A stretch of DNA of 63,294 nucleotides, counting the filler, from Anaerolineae bacterium (GTDB lineage: Bacteria; Chloroflexota; Anaerolineae; Epilineales; Epilineaceae), in assembly GCA_029262755.1 (NCBI GenBank). It is 6 parts of 6 records of this genome, joined end to end, with 100 filler letters (N's around TTAATTAATTAA, not from the genome) between each part and the next. Parts side by side here need not be neighbours in the genome. Positions count along the whole stretch, not along the records: positions 1 to 20,786 come from JAJCYU010000212.1; 5 more parts are not named here. One strand, given 5' to 3'. Shown piece after piece: positions 1-9,266 of this stretch. How positions within the stretch are numbered: the first letter of the stretch is position 1; each line of letters starts with the position of its first letter. Below the pieces are notes generated by a model that ran no database searches, was not told the DNA's origin, and was given only the letters and a program-made list of their open reading frames with translations. The position numbers and the translations under genes are program-made.

Positions 1-848
1 CGCCGAACACGGAGCTTGGCTTCCTCGGTTCGATGAAGGTCAGCTCGCAGGTTCCGGTCGGCGTTCAGAGCTTCGTGGACATCGAGAGCTCGGACAAGGC
101 CGTATACGCCTTCGAGGGCGTTCCGCCGGAGCAGGGCGCGATGACGCTGTACGCGCCCCTGATCCGCAAGCAGTTCTTCGGCTACGACACGGGCATCTCG
201 GTTGTGAACCCGAACGCGGGTGACATCGACGTGACGGTGACGTACATCGGTGGTGACGCCGGTGGCTTGAGCTCGTGCGCGGGCCAGCAGTTCACGCACG
301 GCCCGGTGACGATCGCCGGTGGTTCGAGCTCGGTGTTCTATCAGGGTCCGGGCGGCAACAGTGGTTTGCCGGACGGGTGTGTGGGTTCGGCCGTCATCGA
401 GGGCTCGGGCAACATCCTGGCCATCGTGAACGACTCGCTGAACTTCACCGAGCAGTCGGCGGCGTACAACGCAGTGGGTCCGGACATGGGCGCCACGAAG
501 GTCGCATTGCCGCTGGCGCGTCGCCAGCACGTGGACGCATGGAAGGTCACGACGGGCATCCAGGTGATGAACGTTGGTGACGCGGCTGCGAACGTGACGA
601 TCACGTTTGCGGACGACAAGGGTACCCAGCTGAACGGTTGTGGCGGCGCTTGTACGGCGACGGTCGCTTCGAACGGTTCGCACACGTTCTACCCGGGCGC
701 GAACGGCCTGACGGTTATGCCGTCCGGCACGTACGGCTCGGCGGTTGTGACCTCGGACCAGGACATTGTGGTGATCGTCAATGACGCCAGCGAGACCGGC
801 GCCATCGACGCAGCTACCTACAATGGCATCAAGGCCGACAGCAACTAG
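1..848 (+). CDS. S-layer-like secreted repeat protein, paralog 1 (5' part outside the window)
   Basis: Two internal repeats: (LYAPLIRK/VALPLARR)-TGIxVxN...GSAVI...IVND...YNA/G. Strong similarity to the ORFs at 1105, 2934 and 18133. Followed by a strong terminator. The S-layer role is inferred. Confidence 0.75.
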   Translation, partial: PNTELGFLGSMKVSSQVPVGVQSFVDIESSDKAVYAFEGVPPEQGAMTLYAPLIRKQFFGYDTGISVVNPNAGDIDVTVTYIGGDAGGLSSCAGQQFTHGPVTIAGGSSSVFYQGPGGNSGLPDGCVGSAVIEGSGNILAIVNDSLNFTEQSAAYNAVGPDMGATKVALPLARRQHVDAWKVTTGIQVMNVGDAAANVTITFADDKGTQLNGCGGACTATVASNGSHTFYPGANGLTVMPSGTYGSAVVTSDQDIVVIVNDASETGAIDAATYNGIKADSN

Positions 849-907
849 TAGCGCTCGACACCCATGCCTGAGGTCGGCTTAGGCCGGCCCGACGGGATCG
901 AAATTCG

Positions 908-944
908 ACCGGGCTCCGCGAGAAATCGCGGGGCCCGGTTTTTT
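908..944 (+). terminator. Rho-independent terminator
   Basis: ACCGGGCTCCGCGA-GAAA-TCGCGGGGCCCGGT stem followed by a T run, 60 nt after the stop at 848. Confidence 0.85.
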
Positions 945-1104
945 CGTTCGTTGCGCGAGGGCGGTGGGCTCGGGGAGGGTTGGACTCGCAACGGAAACGG
1001 GCGTTCCCAGTTGTATTCGGGCGTGGCGTCCCCGGGAGAGGCGGGAGCGTGTCAGACCGGGGAAGCGGCGTGAACGATTCCAGTGCGTGCGGTGGAGGAC
1101 GAGC

Positions 1105-2634
1105 ATGAGGCGCAAGGATTGGGGCAGGAGTGCGGGGCTAGGAATCGGTATGGGTCTGGCGTTGATCGGCCTCACCGCTCGCACGGGGACGCACGTATCG
1201 GCCCGTCCCGATGCACAAGAAAGCGGGATCACGATGGGCGGGGTGTCCGGCATCCAAGTGCAGAATCTAGATCCGGATCGTTCGGCCACCATCGCCTCGC
1301 GACTGTTCCCGCAACTCGGCGGTCAGCAAGCGGTCACGCTCACCTCGCCGAACGTGCCGGTGGATAGCGCCGCGAACGTGTACTTGGGCGAGAGACGTAC
1401 GGAGCGCGGCTTGTTCTCCGGCGTCGTGAGCTCCGACCGGCCCATCGCAGCCATCGCGCGCACGGATTGGCACGAGCGGGGTGCCGCTGCGATCTACGCA
1501 AACGTCCGGGATGGAACGCATGTCGTCGTGCCGCTGATCATGATCGACTACGCGGACTCGACCTCCGCCGTCACGATCCAGAACGCCGACGTGACGCAGG
1601 CGGTGGACGTGCGGATCGAGCTCCGATCCGCGACGTCGCCGGACGTGGTGCTGGAGCGAGGGATCAAGATCGCTGGTGGCGCCTCCGTGACGCTGGACAT
1701 GGCGCAGGATCCGGCGTTCGCGAGCGTCGAGTCCAATACGCCCCTAGGTTTCCTTGGATCGCTGCACGTGATGGCGGCCACGGCCGTCGGCGTGCAGAGC
1801 TTTCTCGACATCGGCAGGACGCAGCAGGCCGTGAGCGGCTTCGCGGGCGTGCCGATGGAGCAGGCGGCGAGCCGACTGTATGCGCCGTTGATTCGGCGCC
1901 GAGCCTACGGCTACGACACGGGCATTGCCGTTTCGAATCCGGGCGCGGAGAGCGTGAACGTAACGGTCCGGTACACCGGCAGCGGCGGCACGGGATGGAG
2001 CCAATGCGAGGGGCGCGCCTTTGTTCACGGCCCCGTCGAGATCGCGGGCGGTTCGAGCACGGTGTTCTACCAAGGACCGGGCGGCGGGAGCGGTTTGCCG
2101 GATCGCTGCGTCGGCTCTGCCGTGATCGAGGCGACCGGCGACGTGCTCGCTGTCGTGCATGACTCGCTGAACTTCACCGAATCTGCCGCGGCCTACAACG
2201 CCGTGCCGTTCGCGGAGGGCGGCACGCGCGTCGCCTTGCCGCTGATCCGTCGGCAGCACGGCGCCCGTCATCGGCTGACGACGGGCATCCAGGTGATGAA
2301 CATCGGCGACGAAGTCGCCAACGTGACCCTCCACATGCGCAACGATCAAGGACGCGCGCTCACCGAATGCGGCCGGGCATGCGGAGCGGCAATCGGACCC
2401 AGCGCATCGCATACGTACTATCTTGGTAGTGGGGGGCTCACCGCACTGCCCATCAACACCTTCGGTTCGGCGGTCATCACCGCGGACCAACCGATCATCG
2501 TCCTCGTGGTGGACGCGAGTGCGTCCGGAACGATCGACATGGCCTCGTATCTGGGGATGCCCGCCCATCAAGGAGCGGAGAGCATCGGTCTGCCGATCTT
2601 GTATAGTGCGCCACCGGTGATGCAGGGGCCGTAG
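1105..2634 (+). CDS. S-layer-like secreted repeat protein, paralog 2, with C-terminal LP tag
   Basis: GGAGG RBS before ATG 1105. Signal-peptide-like N-terminus, four GI/AVxVxN repeats, C-terminal SIGLPIL. Confidence 0.8.
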   Translation: MRRKDWGRSAGLGIGMGLALIGLTARTGTHVSARPDAQESGITMGGVSGIQVQNLDPDRSATIASRLFPQLGGQQAVTLTSPNVPVDSAANVYLGERRTERGLFSGVVSSDRPIAAIARTDWHERGAAAIYANVRDGTHVVVPLIMIDYADSTSAVTIQNADVTQAVDVRIELRSATSPDVVLERGIKIAGGASVTLDMAQDPAFASVESNTPLGFLGSLHVMAATAVGVQSFLDIGRTQQAVSGFAGVPMEQAASRLYAPLIRRRAYGYDTGIAVSNPGAESVNVTVRYTGSGGTGWSQCEGRAFVHGPVEIAGGSSTVFYQGPGGGSGLPDRCVGSAVIEATGDVLAVVHDSLNFTESAAAYNAVPFAEGGTRVALPLIRRQHGARHRLTTGIQVMNIGDEVANVTLHMRNDQGRALTECGRACGAAIGPSASHTYYLGSGGLTALPINTFGSAVITADQPIIVLVVDASASGTIDMASYLGMPAHQGAESIGLPILYSAPPVMQGP

Positions 2635-2749
2635 CGTGACACGATGCGCGTGCGCAGTAGGCCGCGCTTCTGGGGATTCCGCAAGGGAGATGCTTCCAAT
2701 GAACTCGCGATCAACCGCTCGTCGTAGTCGACTTTGGCGCGTTTCGGTC

Positions 2750-2826
2750 GGCGCGAACGGCCTCGACGTGATGCCGGCCGGCTCCTATGGCTCGGCCGTG
2801 ATCACCTCGGATGAGCCCATCGCTCT
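2750..2826 (+). pseudogene. Fragment of an S-layer-like paralog
   Basis: Encodes GANGLDVMPAGSYGSAVITSDEPIAL, matching GANGLTVMPSGTYGSAVVTSDQDIVV of paralog 1. No intact gene surrounds it. Confidence 0.7.
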
Positions 2827-2933
2827 CCGTAGCGCACGCGACCGCGTGGGCCCACATTGGCGTTGGGGCGGGTGAACGCGGAGTGCGGTCTACAACGCCT
2901 CCGTAGCCAATGGTGTTCTCCCATGGCAACTAG

Positions 2934-4475
2934 ATGAATTGTCGATCTTGGGGCGCATTGCTGCTCATCGCGGCTGGATTTGGACGCGTGCCGGGGGGGC
3001 CATCCAACCCACTGTCCGCCGACGCGCTTGAGCCCATCCTGACCCAAGAGCCGAGTACTTCGGGAGTGATCACGCATAACGATGGATTCTTGGGAAGTGC
3101 GGTTATCACCTATACCGCCTATTCCCCCGTCATCGGCCAGAGATGGGTTCGTTGGCGAAGGATGCACCCGAGCGCACCGTTGTCATTGTTCTTGCCTGAC
3201 TGGTCTGTGCTTCCGAAGGGGCCAGTTAGCGTTCGACTCGAATCCGATCTTCCTGCCACATCCATCGTCAGAACGGATTGGCCACGGGCCGGCGGCGCTT
3301 CTATGTACGGGAATGCTATTCCTGACCGGGAGCTTCATGTGCCGCTCGTCCTGATCGAGGATGGAGGTGCGCATACCGTGATCTCCGTGCAGAACGCCTC
3401 CCGCGATGTTGCCGCGCACGTTGAGTTGATTCTGCTGGCCGCTGAAGGTGCCATGCCGGCAACCACGCTGCGTATTGAGATTGACGCTGGCGCCTCGGTG
3501 GACGTCGATACACGCAATCGGCCATTCTCGAATAGCCTACCGGACACCGGTGGCCGGTTTGTTGGAGCCATGAAGGTCACGTCTGACACTCCCGTGGCTG
3601 TTGCAGCGCAAATCGTTCTTGACCAAGATGCGAGTGCGGCGTTCGGTTACGCCGGTGTGGGGCGTTCTCAGGCTGCTCGTCGGCTGTTCGCACCTCTTAT
3701 CCGGCGCAGATTCCGCGGATACGACACCGGAATTGCGGTCGTGAACCCACAGAGTCATCCAGTGGAGGTGTCGGTCATCTATCGGGGATCGCACGCCGGC
3801 GGCGTGAGCGAATGCGCCGGAACGATTCTCCGGCATGGCCCGGCGGCCATGCCGGCGCACTCCACCAGGATTTTCTACCAGGGACCTGGAGGCGGCAGTG
3901 GACTCCCTGACGCATGTGTGGGCTCGGCGGAGATTGAAGCGTCGGACGCCATTGTTGCCGTCGTGAACGATACGCTGAACTTCGGGGAACATAGCGCCGC
4001 GTACGAGGCGATCCCGGCGACGGGTGGCGGCACAACCGTGTTGCTGCCGCTGATACGGCGGCGTCATCTTGATTCGTTGCAGCTCACTTCCGGAATTCAG
4101 GTCATGAACTTGGGACCTGAACGCGCTCTAGTGCAATTGCGCTTACTCGGCACTGGCGTAGAGCAATTTCCCGTGTGCGGCCGAGCGTGCATCGCTCACA
4201 TCCCTCCTCTTGAAAGCCGTGTCTTCTACCCTGGCGCGCATGGGGTCGAATCGCTTGCGGAGGGTGCACGAGGCATAGGTATCATCGACTCGAATCAGCC
4301 GGTGGCTGTAATCGTCAACGAGGCAAGCGAGTCGGGAGCTGGGGACATGGCGACTTACGTTGGAGCCACGTCGGGGAGGCTTGGAGCGGATCTAGGACGT
4401 TGTCCCGAAGGCGGTGGCTGGCCGACAGGGATTGGTTGCCAGTTTCTTCCAAGCCTCGGAAATGGTGGCAGGTAG
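2934..4475 (+). CDS. S-layer-like secreted repeat protein, paralog 3 (diverged)
   Basis: Shares LFAPLIRRRFRGYDTGIAVVNP, FYQGPGGGSGLPDACVGSA and TSGIQVMN with the other paralogs. Ends QFLPSLGNGGR. Confidence 0.8.
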   Translation: MNCRSWGALLLIAAGFGRVPGGPSNPLSADALEPILTQEPSTSGVITHNDGFLGSAVITYTAYSPVIGQRWVRWRRMHPSAPLSLFLPDWSVLPKGPVSVRLESDLPATSIVRTDWPRAGGASMYGNAIPDRELHVPLVLIEDGGAHTVISVQNASRDVAAHVELILLAAEGAMPATTLRIEIDAGASVDVDTRNRPFSNSLPDTGGRFVGAMKVTSDTPVAVAAQIVLDQDASAAFGYAGVGRSQAARRLFAPLIRRRFRGYDTGIAVVNPQSHPVEVSVIYRGSHAGGVSECAGTILRHGPAAMPAHSTRIFYQGPGGGSGLPDACVGSAEIEASDAIVAVVNDTLNFGEHSAAYEAIPATGGGTTVLLPLIRRRHLDSLQLTSGIQVMNLGPERALVQLRLLGTGVEQFPVCGRACIAHIPPLESRVFYPGAHGVESLAEGARGIGIIDSNQPVAVIVNEASESGAGDMATYVGATSGRLGADLGRCPEGGGWPTGIGCQFLPSLGNGGR

Positions 4476-4532
4476 GCATTGACATACGCGACCGGTCGTA
4501 GCGATAAAGGTCGGTCCTGTCCATGCCCTACC
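4471..4532. repeat. REP-like imperfect inverted repeat between convergent genes
   Basis: GGTAGGCATTGACA ... TGTCCATGCCCTACC, with GTAG/CTAC ends and an inner GACCG/CGGTC pairing. Confidence 0.4.
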
Positions 4533-4606
4533 GAATCCGCAAACGCGCCCATCGCGCAAACCGTCCGCATCGCCCCGTCGCTCCCCACAGACAACCCCGC
4601 TCACAG

Positions 4607-5515
4607 TTAGCGCGGATAGAGCGCCACAACCGACGGCACCGCGACGAAGCCCGGCGCGCCTTCCGGCGGGGTGGCGACGAGGAGGCCGCTGGATGTGCCG
4701 CCGTCGAGGTTGAGGGCGATGTCGATGGCGAGGTCGCTTTCGACGAGCCAGGTGGCGAGGCCGTGTAGGGTGAAGGTGCCGCCCGGGGCCACGATGAACA
4801 GGAAGCGGCCGTCCGTGTCACGGGCGACGACCGTGCGGCGGGCCGGGAGGCCGCCGTCGTCGGGGAATCCGTGGAGGCCGCCCGGCTGGACGAGGAGCGG
4901 GAAGGACTGGAGGGCGGCGGTGAGCGGCTCGTCGGGGTTGAATGGCTGTTGTTGGAGCCAGCGCAAGTCGGCGTGGCCGGCGGCGTCGATGGCGAGCATG
5001 CCGGCGAAGGCGCCGTAGGTTGCGCCGTATTGGACGCTATCTGCGATGAGTAGCCCCGTTGCGTGGAACTCCGCGGTGAAGTAGCCGCCGTTGACCACGG
5101 CTAGCGCCCCCGTGTCCGCGAGCCAGCGGTCGAGCGAGCGCGCTTCGCCCGGGGCGTAGGCGACGTCGAGGCGGATCTGCGCGGGGTCTACGCGCAGGAC
5201 GTACACGCGTTCGACAGCGCGGCCGGAATCCGCCTCGCGGAGGATGTGGCTGCGCTCTAGGCCTGGAGCGAGCACCGTCCATGTTCCGTCGGACAGTGGC
5301 AGGCTAGACGGTGCTGTGATCGCGCTGTCCGGGGCTGCGGGTGCGTTCGAGGCGGTTGGCGCTGTGGGAATGGGCGGTGGCATCGGAAGCGCGCAGCCGA
5401 CGGCGCACGAAAGCATGGTCAGCAGGAGGACCTGTGATGGGATCCTCAGTACGGTGGCGTGAGCCACGACTGCCCTCGAACTCAGTTTGGGCCGCGCTTG
5501 CGCGAGCTGGACCAT
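4607..5515 (-). CDS. Phosphodiester glycosidase (NAGPA/DUF2233-like) family protein, possible lipoprotein
   Basis: NGGYF, ARRTVVA and ALNLDGGTSS motifs. Lipobox-like AVGC followed by a P/A/T linker. Start uncertain. Confidence 0.8.
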   Translation of the reverse strand: MVQLAQARPKLSSRAVVAHATVLRIPSQVLLLTMLSCAVGCALPMPPPIPTAPTASNAPAAPDSAITAPSSLPLSDGTWTVLAPGLERSHILREADSGRAVERVYVLRVDPAQIRLDVAYAPGEARSLDRWLADTGALAVVNGGYFTAEFHATGLLIADSVQYGATYGAFAGMLAIDAAGHADLRWLQQQPFNPDEPLTAALQSFPLLVQPGGLHGFPDDGGLPARRTVVARDTDGRFLFIVAPGGTFTLHGLATWLVESDLAIDIALNLDGGTSSGLLVATPPEGAPGFVAVPSVVALYPR

Positions 5516-5906
5516 GGCTTGGCGCCGCGTCACGCGCGCGACGGGCGTGCCGAGCGGGGGCCGTCCGGCGAGACCGGGGCGCGACGGCCGCGCGCACTCT
5601 AGCGGTGAGGCGGGAGGTCGTCAACGCGTCGCGGGGAGAGGGGCGAGTTCTCGCATGCCGGCGACCCGGAACTGCGCAAATCCGCAGATCGCGTCGCCAA
5701 CCTATCCGATCCGCCGGACGTGGCCTCCGACAGCGATCCGCCGCCGCGGCGCGGACCTCCATGCGCCGAGGGTTGGCCGATCGGGCGGGCGGCGGCACCA
5801 TGGCGCGAAGAACGGCGGCGACGGCGACCGGGCACGTTCGGCTCGGACCATAGGCCGCGCGCGATGCGCGGAGCTCGTCCGCCATCGGCACGGGAGAGGC
5901 GGCGAC

Positions 5907-7322
5907 GTGAAACTGTGGGGCGGGCGGTTCGACAAGGCCATCGATGGTGCGGCGCATGGGTTCAACGCGAGCTTGCCCTTCGATCGGCGCATGGCCGATG
6001 AAGACGTGAGCGGGTCCGTGGCCTGGGCGCGCGGGCTGGGGCGATGCGGGGTGCTGGCGGAGGACGAGGTTTCGGTCCTGGTCGACGGGATGGAGCAGGT
6101 ACGCGCGGAGCTGGCCGAGGGGCGCTTCGCGTTCTTGGAGGGCGACGAGGATATCCATACGGCGGTCGAGCGGAGGCTGGGCGACATCGTCGGGCCCGTT
6201 GCCGGCAAGCTGCACACGGGGCGGAGCCGGAACGACCAGGTCGCGACGGACTTTCGGCTGTGGGTGATGCGGGCTTGCGGTCGGATGGATGCGGCCGTCG
6301 CCGACCTGCAGACGGCGCTTGCCGACAGCGCGGAGGCCCACCTCCATGCGCCGATGCCCGGATACACGCATTGGCAGCCGGCGCAGGCCGTCACGTGGGG
6401 CCACTGGGCGATGTGGCATGCGTGGGCACTCGAGCGTGACAGGCGTCGCATCGCGACGGCGCGCACGGCGGCATCGGCGCTGCCGCTTGGCTCCGCGGCG
6501 CTCGCGGGATCCGGCTTCGCCGTGGATCGGGCGTGGCTCGCGGCGGAGCTCGGCTTCGAGCGCGTGATCGCCAACAGCATGGACGCGGTGTCGGACCGGG
6601 ACTTCGCGGTGGAGCTGCTCTTCGCGGCCGCGATGACGGGCATGCACCTATCGCGGCTCAGCGAACAGCTCATCTTGTTCGCGAACCCTTCGCTTGGCTT
6701 CGTGGAATTGGACGATGCCTATTCGACCGGCAGCAGCCTGATGCCGCAGAAAAAGAACCCGGACATGCTCGAGCTCGCGCGTGGCAAGGCCGGCCGGCTG
6801 GTGGGCAACCTCGTTGGCCTCATGACCACGCTCAAGGGTTTGCCGTCCACGTACGACAAGGACATGCAGGAGGACAAGGAGCCGGTCTTCGACGCGGTGG
6901 ACACGTTGGCGGCGGCGCTGCCCGTGCTGACCGGCCTCGTGGAGACGCTGCGCGTGCGCGAGGACCGCCTCATCGCGGCGCTGGACCCGGCGATGTTCGC
7001 CACGGACGTCGCGGACCGCTTGGTGCGCGCCGGCGTGCCCTTCCGCGAGGCGCACGGGATCGTGGGCCGCGTGGTGCGCGCGGCGGAGGAGCAAGGCGTC
7101 GGCATCGACGCGCTGGACGCGGAGGCGCTCCGCGCTGTCGACGCCCGGCTGCCCGCGGCGACGGAAGGCGCTTTCGACTGGGCGGCCTCGCTCGCGTCCC
7201 GGGCGGCTGAGGGGGGCACAGCACCGGAGGCGTTGCGTGCGCAGTTGGCGGCGATGCGAGAGGCGATTGGAAGCAGGCAGGTCGGATCGTATTCGAGCAC
7301 CGGATGGGCGGAGAGTCCGTAA
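5907..7322 (+). CDS. argH: Argininosuccinate lyase
   Basis: KLWGGRF N-terminus (GTG start), LHTGRSRNDQV, STGSSLMPQKKNPD signature, YDKDMQEDKE. Confidence 0.96.
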   Translation: MKLWGGRFDKAIDGAAHGFNASLPFDRRMADEDVSGSVAWARGLGRCGVLAEDEVSVLVDGMEQVRAELAEGRFAFLEGDEDIHTAVERRLGDIVGPVAGKLHTGRSRNDQVATDFRLWVMRACGRMDAAVADLQTALADSAEAHLHAPMPGYTHWQPAQAVTWGHWAMWHAWALERDRRRIATARTAASALPLGSAALAGSGFAVDRAWLAAELGFERVIANSMDAVSDRDFAVELLFAAAMTGMHLSRLSEQLILFANPSLGFVELDDAYSTGSSLMPQKKNPDMLELARGKAGRLVGNLVGLMTTLKGLPSTYDKDMQEDKEPVFDAVDTLAAALPVLTGLVETLRVREDRLIAALDPAMFATDVADRLVRAGVPFREAHGIVGRVVRAAEEQGVGIDALDAEALRAVDARLPAATEGAFDWAASLASRAAEGGTAPEALRAQLAAMREAIGSRQVGSYSSTGWAESP

Positions 7323-7333
7323 CTCCGCAGCCC

Positions 7334-8386
7334 TCAGCCCTCGCCGTCCGCCTGCTGCGCGATCGTCGTGCCCGCCTCGCCCGCGAGGGCGGCCTCGAGC
7401 GCGTCGATGCGGGTGATGTGGGCCGGGCGGCCTGTTGCGCGGGCGAACGCGGCGGCGGCCTCGACCTTGGGGCCCATGGAGCCGGGTGGGAACTGGCCTT
7501 CGGCGAGGTAGGCCGCTGCGTCGTCCGGGCTCAGGCGCGAAAGGGCCAGGGCCGAAGGGCCGCCGTAGCCGAGCACGACCTGCGGCACGTCGGTGGCGAT
7601 GACGAAGGCCGCGGCGTGCAGGCCGCGGGCGAGCAGGCTGGAGCTGCGGTCTTTGTCGATCACGGCCGCGACGCCGCGGTATCCGTACGGCGTCGGGACG
7701 ACCGGAACGCCGCCGCCGCCGTTGGCGATCACGATGTGATCCGCCGCGAGCAGCGCGCGGATGGCCGGCAGGCTGAGCACGGCCACGGGGCGGGGCGACG
7801 CGACGACGCGGCGCCAGCCTTCCGGGGGGAAGTGGCGCACGTGCCAGCCGCGCGTACGGGCAAGGCGTTGCGCGCGGACGCGCGACATCCACGCCCCGAT
7901 CGGCTTGCTCGGGGACGCGAAGGCGGGGTCGTCCGGATCGACCTCGACCTGCGTCAGCAGCGCTGCGATGGGACGATCGATGCCCCGTTCGGCCAAGGCG
8001 TTGCCGAGAGCCCGTGCAAGTTGGTAGCCCAGCTCGCCCTGCGTGTGCGCGACCGCATCGTCCATCGGCAGCGGTGGCTGGCCCTCGGCCTCCGCGATCG
8101 CGGCGCGTACGAGCGCGCGCCCGACCTGTGGGCCGTTGCCGTGCGTGATGACCAGCGGGTGACCCGCCGCGGCGAGGCGGGCGAGCTGGTCGGCCGCGTC
8201 GGTGAGTGCGTCGGCGGGTGGGCGCTCGGTGCTCGCGCCCCTACCGGGCACGGGCAGGGACAGGGGCGCGGGTTCGGGCAAGGCGTTGCCGCCCAGCGCG
8301 ATCACGAGGGGGGAGACGGCACGCGGCGCCCCGGAAGTACGGGGCGCCGCGTGCGTTTCCGTAACTGGGCGCCGTGCTACGGGCAT
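7334..8386 (-). CDS. arcC: Carbamate kinase
   Basis: VIALGGNAL, THGNGPQVG, PSKPIG, WRRVVASP, GGGGVPV, AVIDKD and GSMGPKV motifs. Confidence 0.93.
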   Translation of the reverse strand: MPVARRPVTETHAAPRTSGAPRAVSPLVIALGGNALPEPAPLSLPVPGRGASTERPPADALTDAADQLARLAAAGHPLVITHGNGPQVGRALVRAAIAEAEGQPPLPMDDAVAHTQGELGYQLARALGNALAERGIDRPIAALLTQVEVDPDDPAFASPSKPIGAWMSRVRAQRLARTRGWHVRHFPPEGWRRVVASPRPVAVLSLPAIRALLAADHIVIANGGGGVPVVPTPYGYRGVAAVIDKDRSSSLLARGLHAAAFVIATDVPQVVLGYGGPSALALSRLSPDDAAAYLAEGQFPPGSMGPKVEAAAAFARATGRPAHITRIDALEAALAGEAGTTIAQQADGEG

Positions 8387-9021
8387 CCCGCCTTCCAGAT
8401 CGCGGGGTTGCACTCGCTGTACGGCAGGTTGAAGCGCTGCAGCGAGAGGTTGCGGCGGTAGGAATTCCACAACGGGTGGTAGGGCGTGTTCGGGTTGCGC
8501 AGCTTGCCGAAGCCGTAGATAGCCCACGGTTGGGCCAGCGCATGCTGCTTCACATGGTCGGGAATCTCCTCTTCGACCTGCGGGCAGACCCGGTAGGTGG
8601 TGGCCATCGCGCCGCCGGCTGCGCCGCCCGGCGTCGGGCTGGGCAGCGGGGTCGCCGAGGGGCGGGGCGTCGTGCCGGGGGGCACGGGCAGGCCGCCCGG
8701 CGGCGGCGGTGCGACCGGGGTCGCGCAGCCGCTGACGATCGGATAGGGGTAGCGCGGATAGCGCGGGTAGGGATAGCGGTGGTGGTTGATGACCGCCGAG
8801 TCCGGTACGAAGTCCGGACCGAGATCCGGGGCCGGCTGCACTTCGACCTCCGGGACGTCCGGCGCCGGCTCTACGCCCGCCGCCTGCGCCGAGCGATCGG
8901 CGCCGATGCCGAGGCCGAAGCCAACGAGCAGGGCGACAAGCAGTCCGAGGGCCAGACCGCGCGGTCGCCCGAGAGAAACAATCGGGTTGCTGCGATTACT
9001 GGGGGGATGACTGGTACGCAT
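8377..9021 (-). CDS. Small secreted Pro-rich protein with a Cys-bounded C-terminal domain
   Basis: GGAGG RBS, signal peptide ending AQA, Pro-rich linker, then YRVCPQ...WKAGCP domain. The stop overlaps the arcC start. Confidence 0.7.
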   Translation of the reverse strand: MRTSHPPSNRSNPIVSLGRPRGLALGLLVALLVGFGLGIGADRSAQAAGVEPAPDVPEVEVQPAPDLGPDFVPDSAVINHHRYPYPRYPRYPYPIVSGCATPVAPPPPGGLPVPPGTTPRPSATPLPSPTPGGAAGGAMATTYRVCPQVEEEIPDHVKQHALAQPWAIYGFGKLRNPNTPYHPLWNSYRRNLSLQRFNLPYSECNPAIWKAGCP

Positions 9022-9266
9022 GGTGCCTCCTGATCCGGTGTGCGAAACGAGCCGGAACACCGCGCGATCGGCGACCAGGACGCGCGGCCAAACGGCCGGG
9101 TGGGTTCAACCGCACGAACGGGCCCGAATTCCGAACCGAAACGATCCTATGAAGCGACCGTGACCATTCGGAGCCCGGGCGCCGTCCGAGCAGCGTGCCC
9201 GGGCAGGGGCGTGATGGAGCCACTATAGCACGCACCGGCCCGTGTTTTTCGGGTGCCCGGGCTTGC

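Noticed and set aside
5487..5906. 140-aa N-terminal extension of ArgH
   Set aside because: Homology starts at the GTG-KLWGGRF at 5907, which has a GGGAGAGG RBS-like sequence upstream.
5304..7892. Long antisense and alternative-frame Arg/Ala-rich ORFs here and throughout 1-57357
   Set aside because: They are shadow ORFs expected in very GC-rich DNA, overlap well-supported genes and have no recognisable motifs.
5907..8386. Arginine deiminase operon
   Set aside because: argH and arcC are convergent, and no arcA or arcB is present in the window.
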